Source of the DNA: Tubulanus polymorphus
Lineage: Eukaryota; Animalia; Nemertea
Reading direction: 5' to 3'
NCBI RefSeq assembly: GCF_964204645.1
Contig: NC_134032.1
Location: 14,434,275 to 14,498,274 of the forward strand
Length of the DNA: 64,000 nucleotides
Part shown: positions 26,542 through 38,677 of the stretch, piece by piece
How the letters are laid out: every line of letters begins with the position of its first letter
Position numbering within the stretch: the first letter of the stretch is position 1
Position numbers and translations under genes: made by a program
The notes under the pieces: model-generated
What the model was told of the DNA's origin: nothing
The model's database searches: none
Seen by the model: only the letters and a program-made list of their open reading frames with translations

Positions 26542-28054
26542 ATGTCTCTAAACACGAGTCACGCCGCGTTCACTAGCGGTAACAATACCAACAATCGCGC
26601 GGCCGCTTTATACAACTTCCCCGCGGCAACCGGTTACAACAACCAGCAACAATCGTCGTCCGGGAAACCGTCGTCGGAGATGATGTGCCCGCCGTTTTTC
26701 AGCGCCGAGTCGATGGCGATGACGCACGCGATGTATCAACAGAAGATGCTGGCCGGGATGATGCCTCCCGTATCTCAGGGACTGTTACCGGGGTTACTGG
26801 GTCCGTCTCAGTCGGCGGTTGCCGGTACGAACGAACCCCCTCGCGGTTCACCCCTCGTTCCTCCGATGATGCCTCCGCATCCCGCGTTCTCGATGGCTCA
26901 GATGTCGCCGTTGACGACGATGTCGCGTATGTCCGAGAGTTTGAAATTACGCGCGTCACCTGCGGGCGTCTTAGCTCCTCCCACTAGTCAACAGCAACCT
27001 GTCAATCATCAGAGAGATTTTGCGGGCGGTAAATTCCACCATCCCGGTTCACCTGTCTCTTCATCCGGTTCTTCCCGTGGTTCTCCAAGTCCGCCGATCT
27101 CTTCCAAATCAACCTCGTTACCGGACGCGTCGTCGTCGTTCAAACCGTTGAATTTCACGCCACCAGGCGGCGCTGCGGTCATCGAGGATACCGTCGATAA
27201 TTCAAAAATCGATTTGTTACGTCAAGAATTACAGAAAACCGATCACCTCGATTTCAAACCGATTAACGACCAGACGACCTTGAAATCGGATGCACTGCCA
27301 GGTGGAGCCACTAGTAAACAATCCGACCCTGATGGTGATAAAAACCCTGAAGATGAAACTCTCAACGAACAAGAATTTCAGCGCAATTTTTTAGAAGCTT
27401 TGAAAAAGTCTGGACGTCTCGACGAGCGAATGATGTCTCAGATATCGGCGCCCCCTGGTGGTGATGCCGATAATAACCGTCATCTCGACGAAATGAACCC
27501 GAATGTACCGGCAGCAGCAGCGGTCGTCCCCGACGACGACATCACGCGAGATAAACCTAGTCATAGCAACCTCGATACTCCCCCGGTAACCGCGGTAACC
27601 GATATAAAAGCCGAACCCGTCGGTAACCACGACGACGATGACAACAATACGAACGACGAAAGCGCGTTAAACGACAGTCTACTCGAACCGGAGAAGAGCC
27701 TCGTTATGGATCACAGTTTCAGCGATGACGACATCGAGAAACAGACAAACGACGACGATATAGGTGGCGCTACGATAAAGAAAGAATTACCGGACGAGGG
27801 TGTCATATCTCCGGCTGCCGGAGCGGAGTACTCCGGACGAATGAGTGACTCCGAGGACTCGCAATATCCGTTAAAATCGCGCGATCAGATGAGTCCGTTT
27901 AGCGGGTCGGGTGATCAGATGAACGGCGGCGATCTGTCGCAGTGGTTAGCGAATAGTCGCAGCGGACCGGGCGGCGGACCGGTCCCACCGGACGGCCGAC
28001 CTCTCATGTCTCAGGGAAACGAAGTCTTCTATTGTCATCTGTGCAGTTATTCAG
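26542..28054 (+). CDS. hb: hunchback coding exon A (long low-complexity N-terminus plus first half of zinc finger NF1)
   Basis: Long ORF in frame with 26458. Acceptor tttcag ends at 26483 and ATG at 26542 is in aaaATGt context. Ends ...FYCHLCSYS-G at donor TCAG|gtgagt (28054/28055, phase 1), which joins 57374 to complete a C2H2 finger. Confidence 0.88.
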
Positions 28055-28139
28055 GTGAGTTGAGCTTAGTGTTTTATATATGATACACGATCGAGTTCCA
28101 CAGTGGATGTGTGGAACTTGACCGTGTGGGCTAGCACTG

Positions 28140-28246
28140 GACCCGGTTCCACAGTTATGGGTGTAAATTTGATACAAGAGCAAACTCATTGATAATGAAC
28201 TCATGATTTCAGAGTTAACTCCCATTCACAACTGTAGAACTGGATC
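28140..28246. mobile_element. MITE, PIF/Harbinger (Tourist)-like
   Basis: TIRs GACCCGGTTCCACAGTT ... AACTGTAGAACTGGATC, flanked by CTG on both sides (3-bp CWG duplication). Confidence 0.7.
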
Positions 28247-28412
28247 CTGAGTTCAGAGTTAACTCAAACTCATAACTGTGGAACTGGATCCTGAGTTCAG
28301 AGTTAACTCAAACTCATAACTGTGGAACTGGATCCTGAGTTCAGAGTTAACTCAAACTCATAACTGTGGAACTGGATCCTGAGTTCAGAATTAACTCAAA
28401 CTCATAACTGTT
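28247..28412 (+). repeat. 44-bp tandem repeat of the MITE right end
   Basis: CTGAGTTCAGAGTTAACTCAAACTCATAACTGTGGAACTGGATC, about 4 copies. Confidence 0.85.
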
Positions 28413-28989
28413 GGTTGAATTGGATCATAGTTAACTCTCTCACTCTCAACACGGTTTCATAGATGCAGGAGTTGTTGTGAAAGCGCCCCCTGGGTTTAAG
28501 CGAAGAATACTTTCAGAAGTTTTCATCGTATTTTCATTGTTACGTTGTTTCGGCTATACCCCCGTAATTATGTTTCCGTAGCAACAGTTACAAACGCATC
28601 AATGTCATTGTTATCCCGGGAATAGAGCTGTGCGGAGGTTGTGTGTAATCCGATATTTTGACCGGTAATAGCGAACTGACCACTGGTCACTCTTGACCAT
28701 TGACTCACAGCGGTTGGTTGTAATTATTAGTCTCGAAGATGCAGCATTTTTCACGGCTGAGATTCTTTTTTGTTTCTCTGTTTTACCCCCGCCGATGGAA
28801 GAACTGACCACTTGTAATTCTAGATGCCTTATTGTCGTCACAATCAGGGGCCACGGATTATTAGTTTTCTGTCTTTTAAGGTCGCAAAATCTTTTTTGTA
28901 TGTCTGGTAGTCGGTTCGACAGTGGTGAGAAGAAATTTGTTTTGTTAAAGGCAAAAACATGGAAATGAATAGATATAGCCATGTGGGAC

Positions 28990-29295
28990 ACCGGGGTTGG
29001 TCGTAGAGCACAGTAATGACTTAAATCCAAAAATGGTCATTTATCTTAAAACTAAGTTGTTTTTAAATCACAAGACTGGTCGTCTTAGATAATAAAACCA
29101 AAATGAGTTTAGTCTGGTCTTAAGTTGTTAGATCGGCTATAGAACCATCATGAGTTTAAACTGGTCTTAAGTTGTTAGATTGGTTGTAGAACCAAAATGA
29201 GCCTAGACTGGTCTTAAGTTGTTGGATTGGCTATAGAACTTAGTTGGTCTTAGACTGGTCTTAAGTCTAAGCCATGACTATGCAACCGGCCCCAG
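28990..29295 (-). mobile_element. related MITE with about 4 internal 47-bp satellite units
   Basis: Reverse-oriented homologue of 54707-54837, ending TATGCAACCGGCCC. The internal unit is amplified. Confidence 0.55.
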
Positions 29296-30829
29296 GAGAA
29301 TGACTTAGATAATACATAATATAGTAAGATGTTGGACGTTTATAGAACCAAAATGAGCTGAGACTTGTTTTAAACCTTTCCCAGATGCTGGACGCGCCCT
29401 TCTTGTAACCCTTGGATATTGACGTGTGTTTTTACATGGATAGATTTTGTGTCACAACAGAGAGTAACATTCAATTGTTAACAACCGGTAATCGGTCAGA
29501 AGATGTTGCTAATTGAATCGGTCATTTATTCCTCGAAATCTACGTTCCTAGGAATTATGCGCAAAAATGAATTCCGGTAACACCACAGGTGTGCGGTAAA
29601 TATTTATTTGTTGCCAGGTGATACGATTGTTTCCACGTAAATCTGTAGAACTGATAATCACGAGAAAAATTATTACGCGTTTCTTATTAGCAACTTATTA
29701 ATCATCCATCGCTTGCCGCAGTCGGTTTCAGCTGCCCAAATATGGCTTTATGAGGAGAGATTTAGATTACAAAGAACTGAAATGAGCTGAAGGTTTTCAG
29801 GAAGCTTTGAGCGAACTACTAGCAAAAGTTTTCTTTCAAAAGAAAAGTTTTAAGATGAGATTTAAAATCGTCAATGTCATTACAGTTCTGAAGCAGATCT
29901 GATGAACTGAGCTACTTTTGAGTTACTGATCCCTGGTTCTTGATATTTACAGAATTGATTAAAAGTTTTAGGTAACACTTTGCCCTGTGGGTCTATGGCG
30001 ATTACTGCAAAGCTGAAATGTCCTGTAGGAGACTGAAGCCTTAGCTGAAATCTATTCTTTATCTTTCCGATTGTAGATTAAAACAGTTTGACTTCAGCGA
30101 TGACACAGTTATCGGTGAACCGACAGACACTCGATTTCATTTCAAAATAACTTTCATCATCTTCGTCATCATCAACACAAACCCACGTCGCTGTGACATT
30201 TCTTCAACAAACAAAACCGAACAAAAGAGCGAAATTTTTAATAATAATAAACACACAATCGAACAAAACAAAACACGCCCGTAGATATTTAATATAATCA
30301 CCGTGGCGACATTCTTTTGAAGTTCGCTTTAATTGTAGCCTTCGCGTTCGTAGTTCTTTCGTTTATAGCCGCAAGATTCTCAAACATAAAACTCCGAATC
30401 GCCTGACGCATTGTTACGAAAACTTTTGTCGCCGCCGCCGCCGAACGAAACTTTTTAGCGCGCGTCGTAACCGCTGCCGGGATACCGCGTGCGTTTTCAT
30501 CGCCAGTAGCGATTGATTTCGTCATTGTTGTATTTTGTGCGCGTGCGCCGCGGGTTAAAAACTTTGACATTTTAAAAACCGACGATGTATTATCGCTGAT
30601 CATTCTTAAAAATACGGACTTCCCGTGCCCTGCTCTACCCTCCACATGGGCAACTCTGCATGGAGATGGATAAATCAGAAATTTGCCCTCCAAAATGTTG
30701 AAATACTTTCTGGGAAAGAGCCCCAGACCACACCCCCACCTCCCAGCTGATGCTCGTGCAGGCTTGATCGGCCTTATCGAATCAAGTGCCCATTCTTATT
30801 TTCAGGCCCCCCCAAAAAAATCCTAGATC

Positions 30830-31145
30830 TACTCAAGATCCTACCTTCCTGTTACTCCCTATACCCCCTTCCCCTTACTCTCCATACCCCTTCCCCTCCA
30901 TACCCCCTTCCTCTTACCCTCCATACCTCCTTACCCCTATACCCTCCCCTTACCCCTGTTCCCTCCTCTTACCCCCTATACCCTCCATACCCCCTCCCCT
31001 TACCCTCCATACCCCTTCCCCTATTCCCTCCCCTTACCCCCTATACCCGCCATACCCCCTCCCCTTACCCTCCATACCCCCTCCATACCCCCTTCCCCTA
31101 TTCCCTCCCTTTACCCCCTATACCCTACCCTTACTCCCCCTTACT
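30830..31145 (+). repeat. C-rich low-complexity tract (CCCCTTAC/CCATACCC)
   Basis: The G-rich opposite strand has G-quadruplex potential. Confidence 0.85.
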
Positions 31146-33632
31146 CAACTGATAAATTGTTAACTTGTGGCACGTATGTATAATTCATTGTTATATTTAT
31201 ACAATTCAGGCGTGCCTGCTTCGCACCAACGCGGTCCTTGTATACACCAACGCCACCTTCTGTCATCTTCTGCCACTAATCCACCACAACCACAAGGTAC
31301 GCACCTTTTTATTTCATATTTCATTAATCTGTTGCTTGCCTACGAGGTATGCTATACGGTAGCCATCTTTGATATTCATAAAAATCTAATTCTGCGTTTA
31401 ATGCTATATGGTAGCCATCTCCAAAAATATCTAATTCTGCTTATTAATGCCTGTTTGGCATATAGCTTTGTGAAGTAATCTTCGAACATGCATCAAGTTC
31501 TCAGTTGCTCTATTGCGGCCGTATTTCAAATCATGAAAAGTCTAATTCCTTCTTTATAGCTCTATTGTGGCCATCTTTAAAATTCGTGGAAATATAGCTC
31601 TATTGCAGCCATCTTTAAAATCTTTCAAAACAAAATACAAGCTGTACACAAAACAGACCAGCCCCTCGGTACGTAGCTCTATGGCAGCCATCTTTAAATT
31701 TGGAAGTTATTTCTTGATGCGCTCGTGCGAATTCCTCGTTAGTTTCATCTTCACCGCCGACGCCGTCGTTACGGGCGATAACAACCGTTCATTGTTGTCG
31801 GAACGAATGAACGATGTAAAATATGAAATTTGAAATATCCGTCCGACCGTTCTCTGCTCTCAGGTGAAAAATTCCAAACAGACATGTTTACTCCGGACTG
31901 ACCGCTCCAATGGCTTCTCAGCCGGACGGAAAGTTAATTATTTAGTTAAGGATCGGTCTTGTCGGACCGACGCATATTTTATGAACTAATAATATGTTTA
32001 TATGTGTTAGTATTTGATGGATGATTGATTGTATTTGGTCAGCCATATAATTACCACCTTTAAACACCTGTCTCACTCCCCCTCCCTCCCTCCCCAGCAC
32101 CCTCCTCCCCGCCGCCTATCATCTTTACTGTTTTTATGAAGTCTTTGGAGTTTTTCGTGGAAGTTTTGACATTTCTTATGTTTTTGAGATTTAATTCAAA
32201 TAAAAAAAAGTCTCACAATAGAAATTGATGCGATAAGATTTTCGAAGGTTTTTTTTAGAATTGAAATTGACAATATTTCAGCTATTGACTAACGACAATC
32301 CTCGAATATAACGAAACAATGAGAGATTTTTGAGAACTATTTCGACTTGTTCACAACTATTTGACTTTAGTTTTCAACGAATGAAATTCGACTGTTTTCT
32401 AAGTTTTAATCGTTAACTTCTTCAATCTATTTCCAAGTCTTATATATGTTGTTCACAAAGACAGGGTCTAACCTCTGAGCTTATATATATGTATAACGGG
32501 TTAGAACTTGTTTCATTATCAGTGACGATCTGTTTGCCAAAAAGTCTAGGGCTAGGTTCCTCTGTACTTCAACCGATCGGGTATGTTTTTATCTGTTAGT
32601 ACTGACAGGTAGTAAATGCACTATTTCATTGTCTGGCAAAATATTAGACAAATATCGTTTTCATATCGCGTTGTTTAAAGTCCATTTTAGCCGCGAGGTT
32701 GGAATTTGTTTGTCGGACGAGATCTCCCGGTTTTAAACTAATATTTGTTATCTTCTCCCGAAAAGAGATATCAATAACTCGCGCGATATCATCGATGATA
32801 TCTCAAAATGTAAGACACGATATATCGCGCATGTTTAAACTCGGCCGGTCGACGGTCAGTTCGAGATAATCGTTTTTCTCGACGATGTCGGACTTCGATA
32901 CGACGACTTTTACTTTTTATCGTCGATAACCTTTTTATGAACCGAACGCGCGAGATTTTTCGAAAACCACGACGACGAGAATAGATTTAAATTATTGAAC
33001 TTTTCGAAAGCGTCGTCGAAAGTTTAACGTCCGATGATAGCGACGGAAAACCGATAAATCGGGAGCTGAGTAACTACTAGCGCGGGGTGGCGCCACTTAC
33101 CTGAAAAACCCAGGAAAACTCGGGTAGCGGATTTTCTGCGTTGGATTAAGACCGCACGCGTGGCGACAGTGAGACTAGTCTCACGACGGTCTCGTGGCTG
33201 CTGGGTTCATCACGTACGCGCTACACGGAGACACAGAACTGCAGAGCCGCGAATTGCTTGAAAGTTTTGTACTTTTAAAAATCGAATAGACGTTTGTGGT
33301 CCTATTGTCGTCCTCGGTTCCTTGTCAATAATAACAATCGCTTCTTCATCCTTTATTCCGTTTTTGAAAAACGTATTTGAAAATATTTTTGAAATGGTCA
33401 ATGACTTGTACTTTAAGTATTTCAACTCTTGTCCGCCGATTGATTGATGGCAGCCGTGAGATTTTGTGGTCATTTTTCTCGAGTCTTAGATCGCGCGAGC
33501 TTTAAGAATCTTTCTTTCTTAGAGAAATTATTTTTGAACAATCTTGATTCAAATTAAGATACGAAGAATAAACTTCATTTTGAAATTTACGAATATACAA
33601 AAAATTGATATATGAAATATGATATATATATG

Positions 33633-33682
<50 letters not shown>

Positions 33683-35589
33683 CATAAATCCGTATTTTTT
33701 CTTGAAGTGTCAATCGCGAGCTTTAAGAATCTTTCTTAGAGAAATTATCTTTAAACAAACTTGATTCAAATCAAAATATGAAGATAAACTACATTTTGAA
33801 ATTTTTCGAAAAAAATTGCTGTATGAAATATATGTATACATGTTTTTTTACAAATCCGTATTTTTTCCTGAAGCCTCAAGTATATTATTTAATTTTTGAG
33901 ATTTATGAGATTGATATATCCGTGGTCTCCGATATCTCGTTAGAAGATCGATATTTTGTGTGTGGCATGTGTTGAACTGATGATCCAATGACTAAACAGT
34001 TTATTGAATGTACTTTAAGATTTGAGAACTAAGCAGATGGTTCTCTCTCTCTTCCGTCCACTCATCGAGTTCAATTGTATTTTATTTAATTTTGATTGAA
34101 TATGAAAAATTCTCCGTGGCCAGCCGGTCGGCCGGTGCTCCGCCGTCCGGACGTCGTGGTCAGTTCAAACTCGCGACAATAGAAAAATCTGTCACGTTCC
34201 CAAAGCAGATGTTTCCTTCTCAATTCTAGAAAATCTTTTATTTATTTTTATCTATTGTGAATTTAACGAATTTTTGGCGTCAATTTTTCAAAATTTCACC
34301 ATCTGTTGTTGTTGTTGTCGTCGGTGGTGCTATTGGTCATGTGACCTGTCCATCAGCCCGTATCTCGGCACCGGTGCTACTGCTGCCCGTAATGCCCGCT
34401 TTTTAACAAACATTAGAGAAAAATTTTTAGAGAAAAATTTTTAAACTAATCTTTTAAAATTTTGTCTTGCGATCCAAGGAGTAAGAATTAACGGCATTTT
34501 CTGTTCTCAACTCGAGACTAAGTTGGAGGAGCCAGTAGCTAGCATAGCCCTTTAAGTTTGGTTTAGTCCTATAACCAATCAGCCAGCTTTGGAACTGGAC
34601 CTGGTTCAACGGTTCGTGGTGAAAAAGGAAAATTCGCAGCATTAAAAAGTGTTAAAGTTGGCGAAGCCGATAAAGATTCAAGATTTGCTACGGTTTTGGA
34701 CTGAGGTGAAAGGAGTCGGCCTCCACTAAAAGAAGTAAATATCAATACTAGATTTTTTTTATATAACGAAGACCTTTAAACCGAACCCATTATTGACCAA
34801 ATACGGGTTTGTTTTTTCTTAAAACGAAATATCAAAGACACCGACGTCTTCAAGAGGAAAATCTCGTGTTTTTTCCTTTCGTTTTGAAATATCACTTTTC
34901 ATCTCTCGCGATCGATTGAAATCTCGGAAAACATCTCGACACGGTGAAAACGATATTTTCGAAATCGGTTTTTGATGTTTTTTCCGTACGTTGTCTCCGG
35001 GCGTAATTCGTTAAACAACGAATTTCAATCTCGTCTGAACGAGACGCGCGATCGCTACGGCGACGGACGACGTTAAAAAACGACGAACGCGGAAAAAATC
35101 GTCGTTCGACTCTCGTCGTCGTGTTTTTGCTTCGATGAAAAGAAACGGAAAGTTTATTCTGTCATTGATCGACGGTGAGACTATAATACGCTCGCATCGC
35201 CGTGACGACATCGAAAAACATGTTCACCATTTTTGAGAGTGATGTTCTCGACATGAAATTGCTTTCAGAAATTTGATATTTCGCCCGCAGCAGGTAAAGA
35301 GTAAGTAATCAATGTTCGGAATCCATTTCTCGAGTGCGTGCACGCGCGCCACGCCGGGACTTTCTCTCCGCACTTTTTCTAAACGTCGTCGTCGCGATGT
35401 TCGGTTTTTATTTGCGACGATAAAACGGTTTTTATTCGAACGTGCGGCGTTTAAATGTTTCATTTTGACGCGGTCGATGACAATACAGGTTTGAGGAATA
35501 GAAGATGGCTGTTTCCTGAAACAGTTCTAGATATTGCTCTCCCCTACCTCTCTCCCTCTCTCCCGTCTCCCTCTATCTTTCGCCCTCTC

Positions 35590-36055
35590 GCTGTGATTGG
35601 TCAGTTTAAACCAGTTACCCTCATCGCAAATAACATCCCAAATAAACTTCTCTTGCTCCTCTCTTACTTTCATTCACGTACTTTCTCCGTTCTCTCCCTC
35701 TCCCCTCTTCCCTCTCCCCTCTCTCCCTCTCCCTCTCTCCCTCTCCCCTCTCCCTCTCTCCCTTTCTCCCTCTCTCCCTTTCTCCCCCTCTCCCTCTCCC
35801 CCCCTCTCCCTCTCCCCTCTCTCTCTCCCTCCCTCTCTCCCTCTCCCTCCCTCTCTCCCTCTCCCTCCCCTCTCCCTTTCTCCCTCTCTCCCTCTCCCCT
35901 CTCTCCCTCTCCCTCTCTCCCTTTCTCCCTATCCCTCTCTCCCTCTCTCCCTCTCTCCCTCTCTCCCCCTCTCCCTCTCCCCTCTCCCCTCTCCCTTTCT
36001 CCCTATCTCCCTCTCCCTATCTCCCTCTCCCCCTCTCCCCACTCCCTCTCTTCCT
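35590..36055 (+). repeat. dispersed repeat copy 1: about 105-bp unique head plus CT-rich tail
   Basis: Head nearly identical to 49801-49906. Confidence 0.85.
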
Positions 36056-37375
36056 ACTATATACTAAAGTGTTAATTTGCGAATTCCTTGATTTTCATCC
36101 AATTGCGTTTTCTCAGAATTTCTCGCTGTTATTTCTCCAAACAATCTTCGCACGTACGCGTGTTACCCGTATAAGGATTCAGTTGCGTCTGTATTTATGA
36201 ATTCAATTCGGGTGAAATCAATTAATCTATTTCAACATAATTCACTACGGAAGCAAAAACCGAAATGTTTTTTGACCCAAGATTGAAAGTATAATCGCGT
36301 TTTGCGGACGAACAAGGAATTTAGAGAAGGACATATCTGTATCTGTGAAAACAATGAAATGAGAATTGTGTTTTACACTACTGTATGGGCCACGGAATAA
36401 CAAAGGATTTACTTGATAAACAATGAAGTCTTGACATCAAACATCAAAGCCTAACAAACAACAATAAAACCCTGACTCGATAATTAACGACCTAATTAAT
36501 AAATTACTCATCTTGTCTCTATTGTTATAGGCTGTTCTCATTGCAGGTGTCAGTCATTTCGCTTGAAGTTAATTAGGTATATTTACTAATTGATGTGCTT
36601 CTGTGTTATTGGGATCGGTTTTTGGCACCGCAAACTTGGATCCGGAATCACGAAAAAGCTTTAAACTTAAGACGGTTCAGAATTCTTTTATACATCGAAA
36701 ACATAAAGTTACAGATAGCAATTAAACGAAACTTTTAGGTTAATCTTTTTCACAAAAACCAAACCCTCACAGCTACCGGTATGACTGTGTCCAGTTTCAT
36801 GAAAAGTTAAAGCTTAAAATGGTTAATTTATGAGTTGTTGTCCTCATTAAAAACAAGAAGCAATCGGTGAAAGAAATGCAAACAAATTTAAAAGACTGAA
36901 AACGATATTTATTTATTAAATCAAAAATTCGACGATACAAAGTTTGAGACGAACAAAACGTACTTATGAATTACGAACAGTTTCTCATGATGAAAATATC
37001 ATTGATAAACACGAGTTTTTAGGTGTGGCGGTTGTTCGATGATTGGAAGTGAAAAGTTCACGTACCACCCACGCAAACCCCCCCCCCCCCTCTCTCTCTC
37101 GATCGCGATCTTTATATTTTCATAGAATTCTTTATTATTTACGATTGAGTCATTTTAACTAACTTACATTATCAACAGTAAGTTCACCTGACCTTCACCC
37201 CCCTGGTAGGTCGTGGTACTCATTTGGTTTTTGGCAACACTTATGGTCAACAACCCGATAGTTGTACTCATTGTATATATTTATTGCGCAGTGCAATGCT
37301 ATTTTTTTCCCATAGGGAGCTTAGTTTTATTCCCAAGTACAAACAGCAAGAAGAGTCTTACATAAAAATAGCCTC

Positions 37376-37417
37376 ACACCTGACGATGATCTCTAGGGTG
37401 AGATCGAAACGTCGTGT
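37376..37417 (+). ncRNA. minimal type I hammerhead ribozyme motif (Penelope-like pLTR type)
   Basis: ACAC-CTGACGA-T-GATCTC(tagggt)GAGATC-GAAA-CGTC-GTGT: stem I ACAC/GTGT, perfect stem II, GUC cleavage triplet. AATAAA about 30 nt downstream. Confidence 0.75.
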
Positions 37418-38460
37418 CTTTTAAATATTTTAGATTTGATAAATAAATTCTGGTTTTTAAATTCTTTTAATCTGTAAATAGTGGGATTTTATTTTATTAT
37501 CCGTTCACCGCGTTTGAGTGTGGTCATCGTTCTATCAAATAGCCTCTTATATGATTCTTTCATCAGATAAGTCATCGCACTACTGAAATTGTATCCACTT
37601 TCTCAAGATCACATTTCGTATTTCCAACTTCTTTTAAGCTCGAGTCATCGTCAAAACGATCGATGTTGCCACCTCCGAAAAGTTTTGGATTTTGTATATT
37701 TTTTTTAATTTCTTGACTGTCGTCGTAAAAAGGACTCTCACCATCCCCAAAAATTTCCATGGGCGCAATTCAATAATCGAAAACCAACTAAAAGTGATGC
37801 AGTTTTTTTCGGGCCCGATGTACTTTTAAGAATTCTATTTCATCTGTTATATCTCTCTCTCGCCGGGAAGAGAGCCAGCGAGCGTTGAGTATGATTGTGG
37901 AGATGTATATGTCGTAAACAAGTTTTCCTTCATCACAGATGGAATAAGTTTCATTCATGCCTAACTGTCGAATTCCGATTGGTCGATGAGTCATACTAAG
38001 CCCCACCCACTTTCCATTCAGCTTTGTCCCTGGTTGTTTTGTTGTTGGAATGTTTTAGTTCGATTTTTTGCCACGCGGTGGCTCTGCTCGTATTTTTAGC
38101 AGAACACACACGGTTGGTGTTATTCATTACTAGTTGAGACAGTAGTGACTCGATCACGCTCAGCGCGAGCCTCTCTCTCTCACTCACTCTCTCACGCCGA
38201 TAGATAAAAAGAGACAATCGATATTTCTACTATCTCCTCTCACGGATTCTGGTTTGCGCGTTGAATGAGAAAGAAAAATCATCGGAGTTTGGGAAAGATT
38301 TTTTCACGTCGTTGAAAGTAAGAAAGTGAACTTTTGCAGTTGTTATTCGAGCAGCACAATTTGATGCCGTGGAATTCGAAACTTTCCGAAACGAGAAGAA
38401 CGAGGACTTTGTTTTACGTTGATTGCCGTGTCGATTGAAGTTACGAAAATTGCGGTCGCA

Positions 38461-38677
38461 ATGGTGTGTTATCAATGGACCGGCTCATCGCCGGGCAACA
38501 ACAACAATACAGGTGGCAACGATACGGGCCCGACGACGATGATCACCGATCCAGTGGACGATTGCTCGTCCCCGCTCAGCGGTCCGGCTCCGTCGACCTC
38601 CGATCACAGCGAGGATGACAGCAATGCTAAACTTCACGAAGTCCAGTCCGAGTCCGGCTCGGAAATGTCGGACGACG
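38461..38677 (+). CDS. hb: candidate alternative first coding exon of hunchback inside the 29-kb intron
   Basis: GC-rich, codon-like segment MVCYQWTGSSPG...SESGSEMSDD-G with ATG in gcaATGg context. 72 codons + 1 nt, then donor G|gtaaga. Phase 1 fits acceptor 57374. Confidence 0.65.

Noticed and set aside
38340-38677. cassette-exon use of the 38.4-kb exon through acceptor ttttgcag at 38339
   Set aside because: In exon A's phase it reaches TGA near 38420 and is out of frame with the ATG ORF. It could only be a poison exon.
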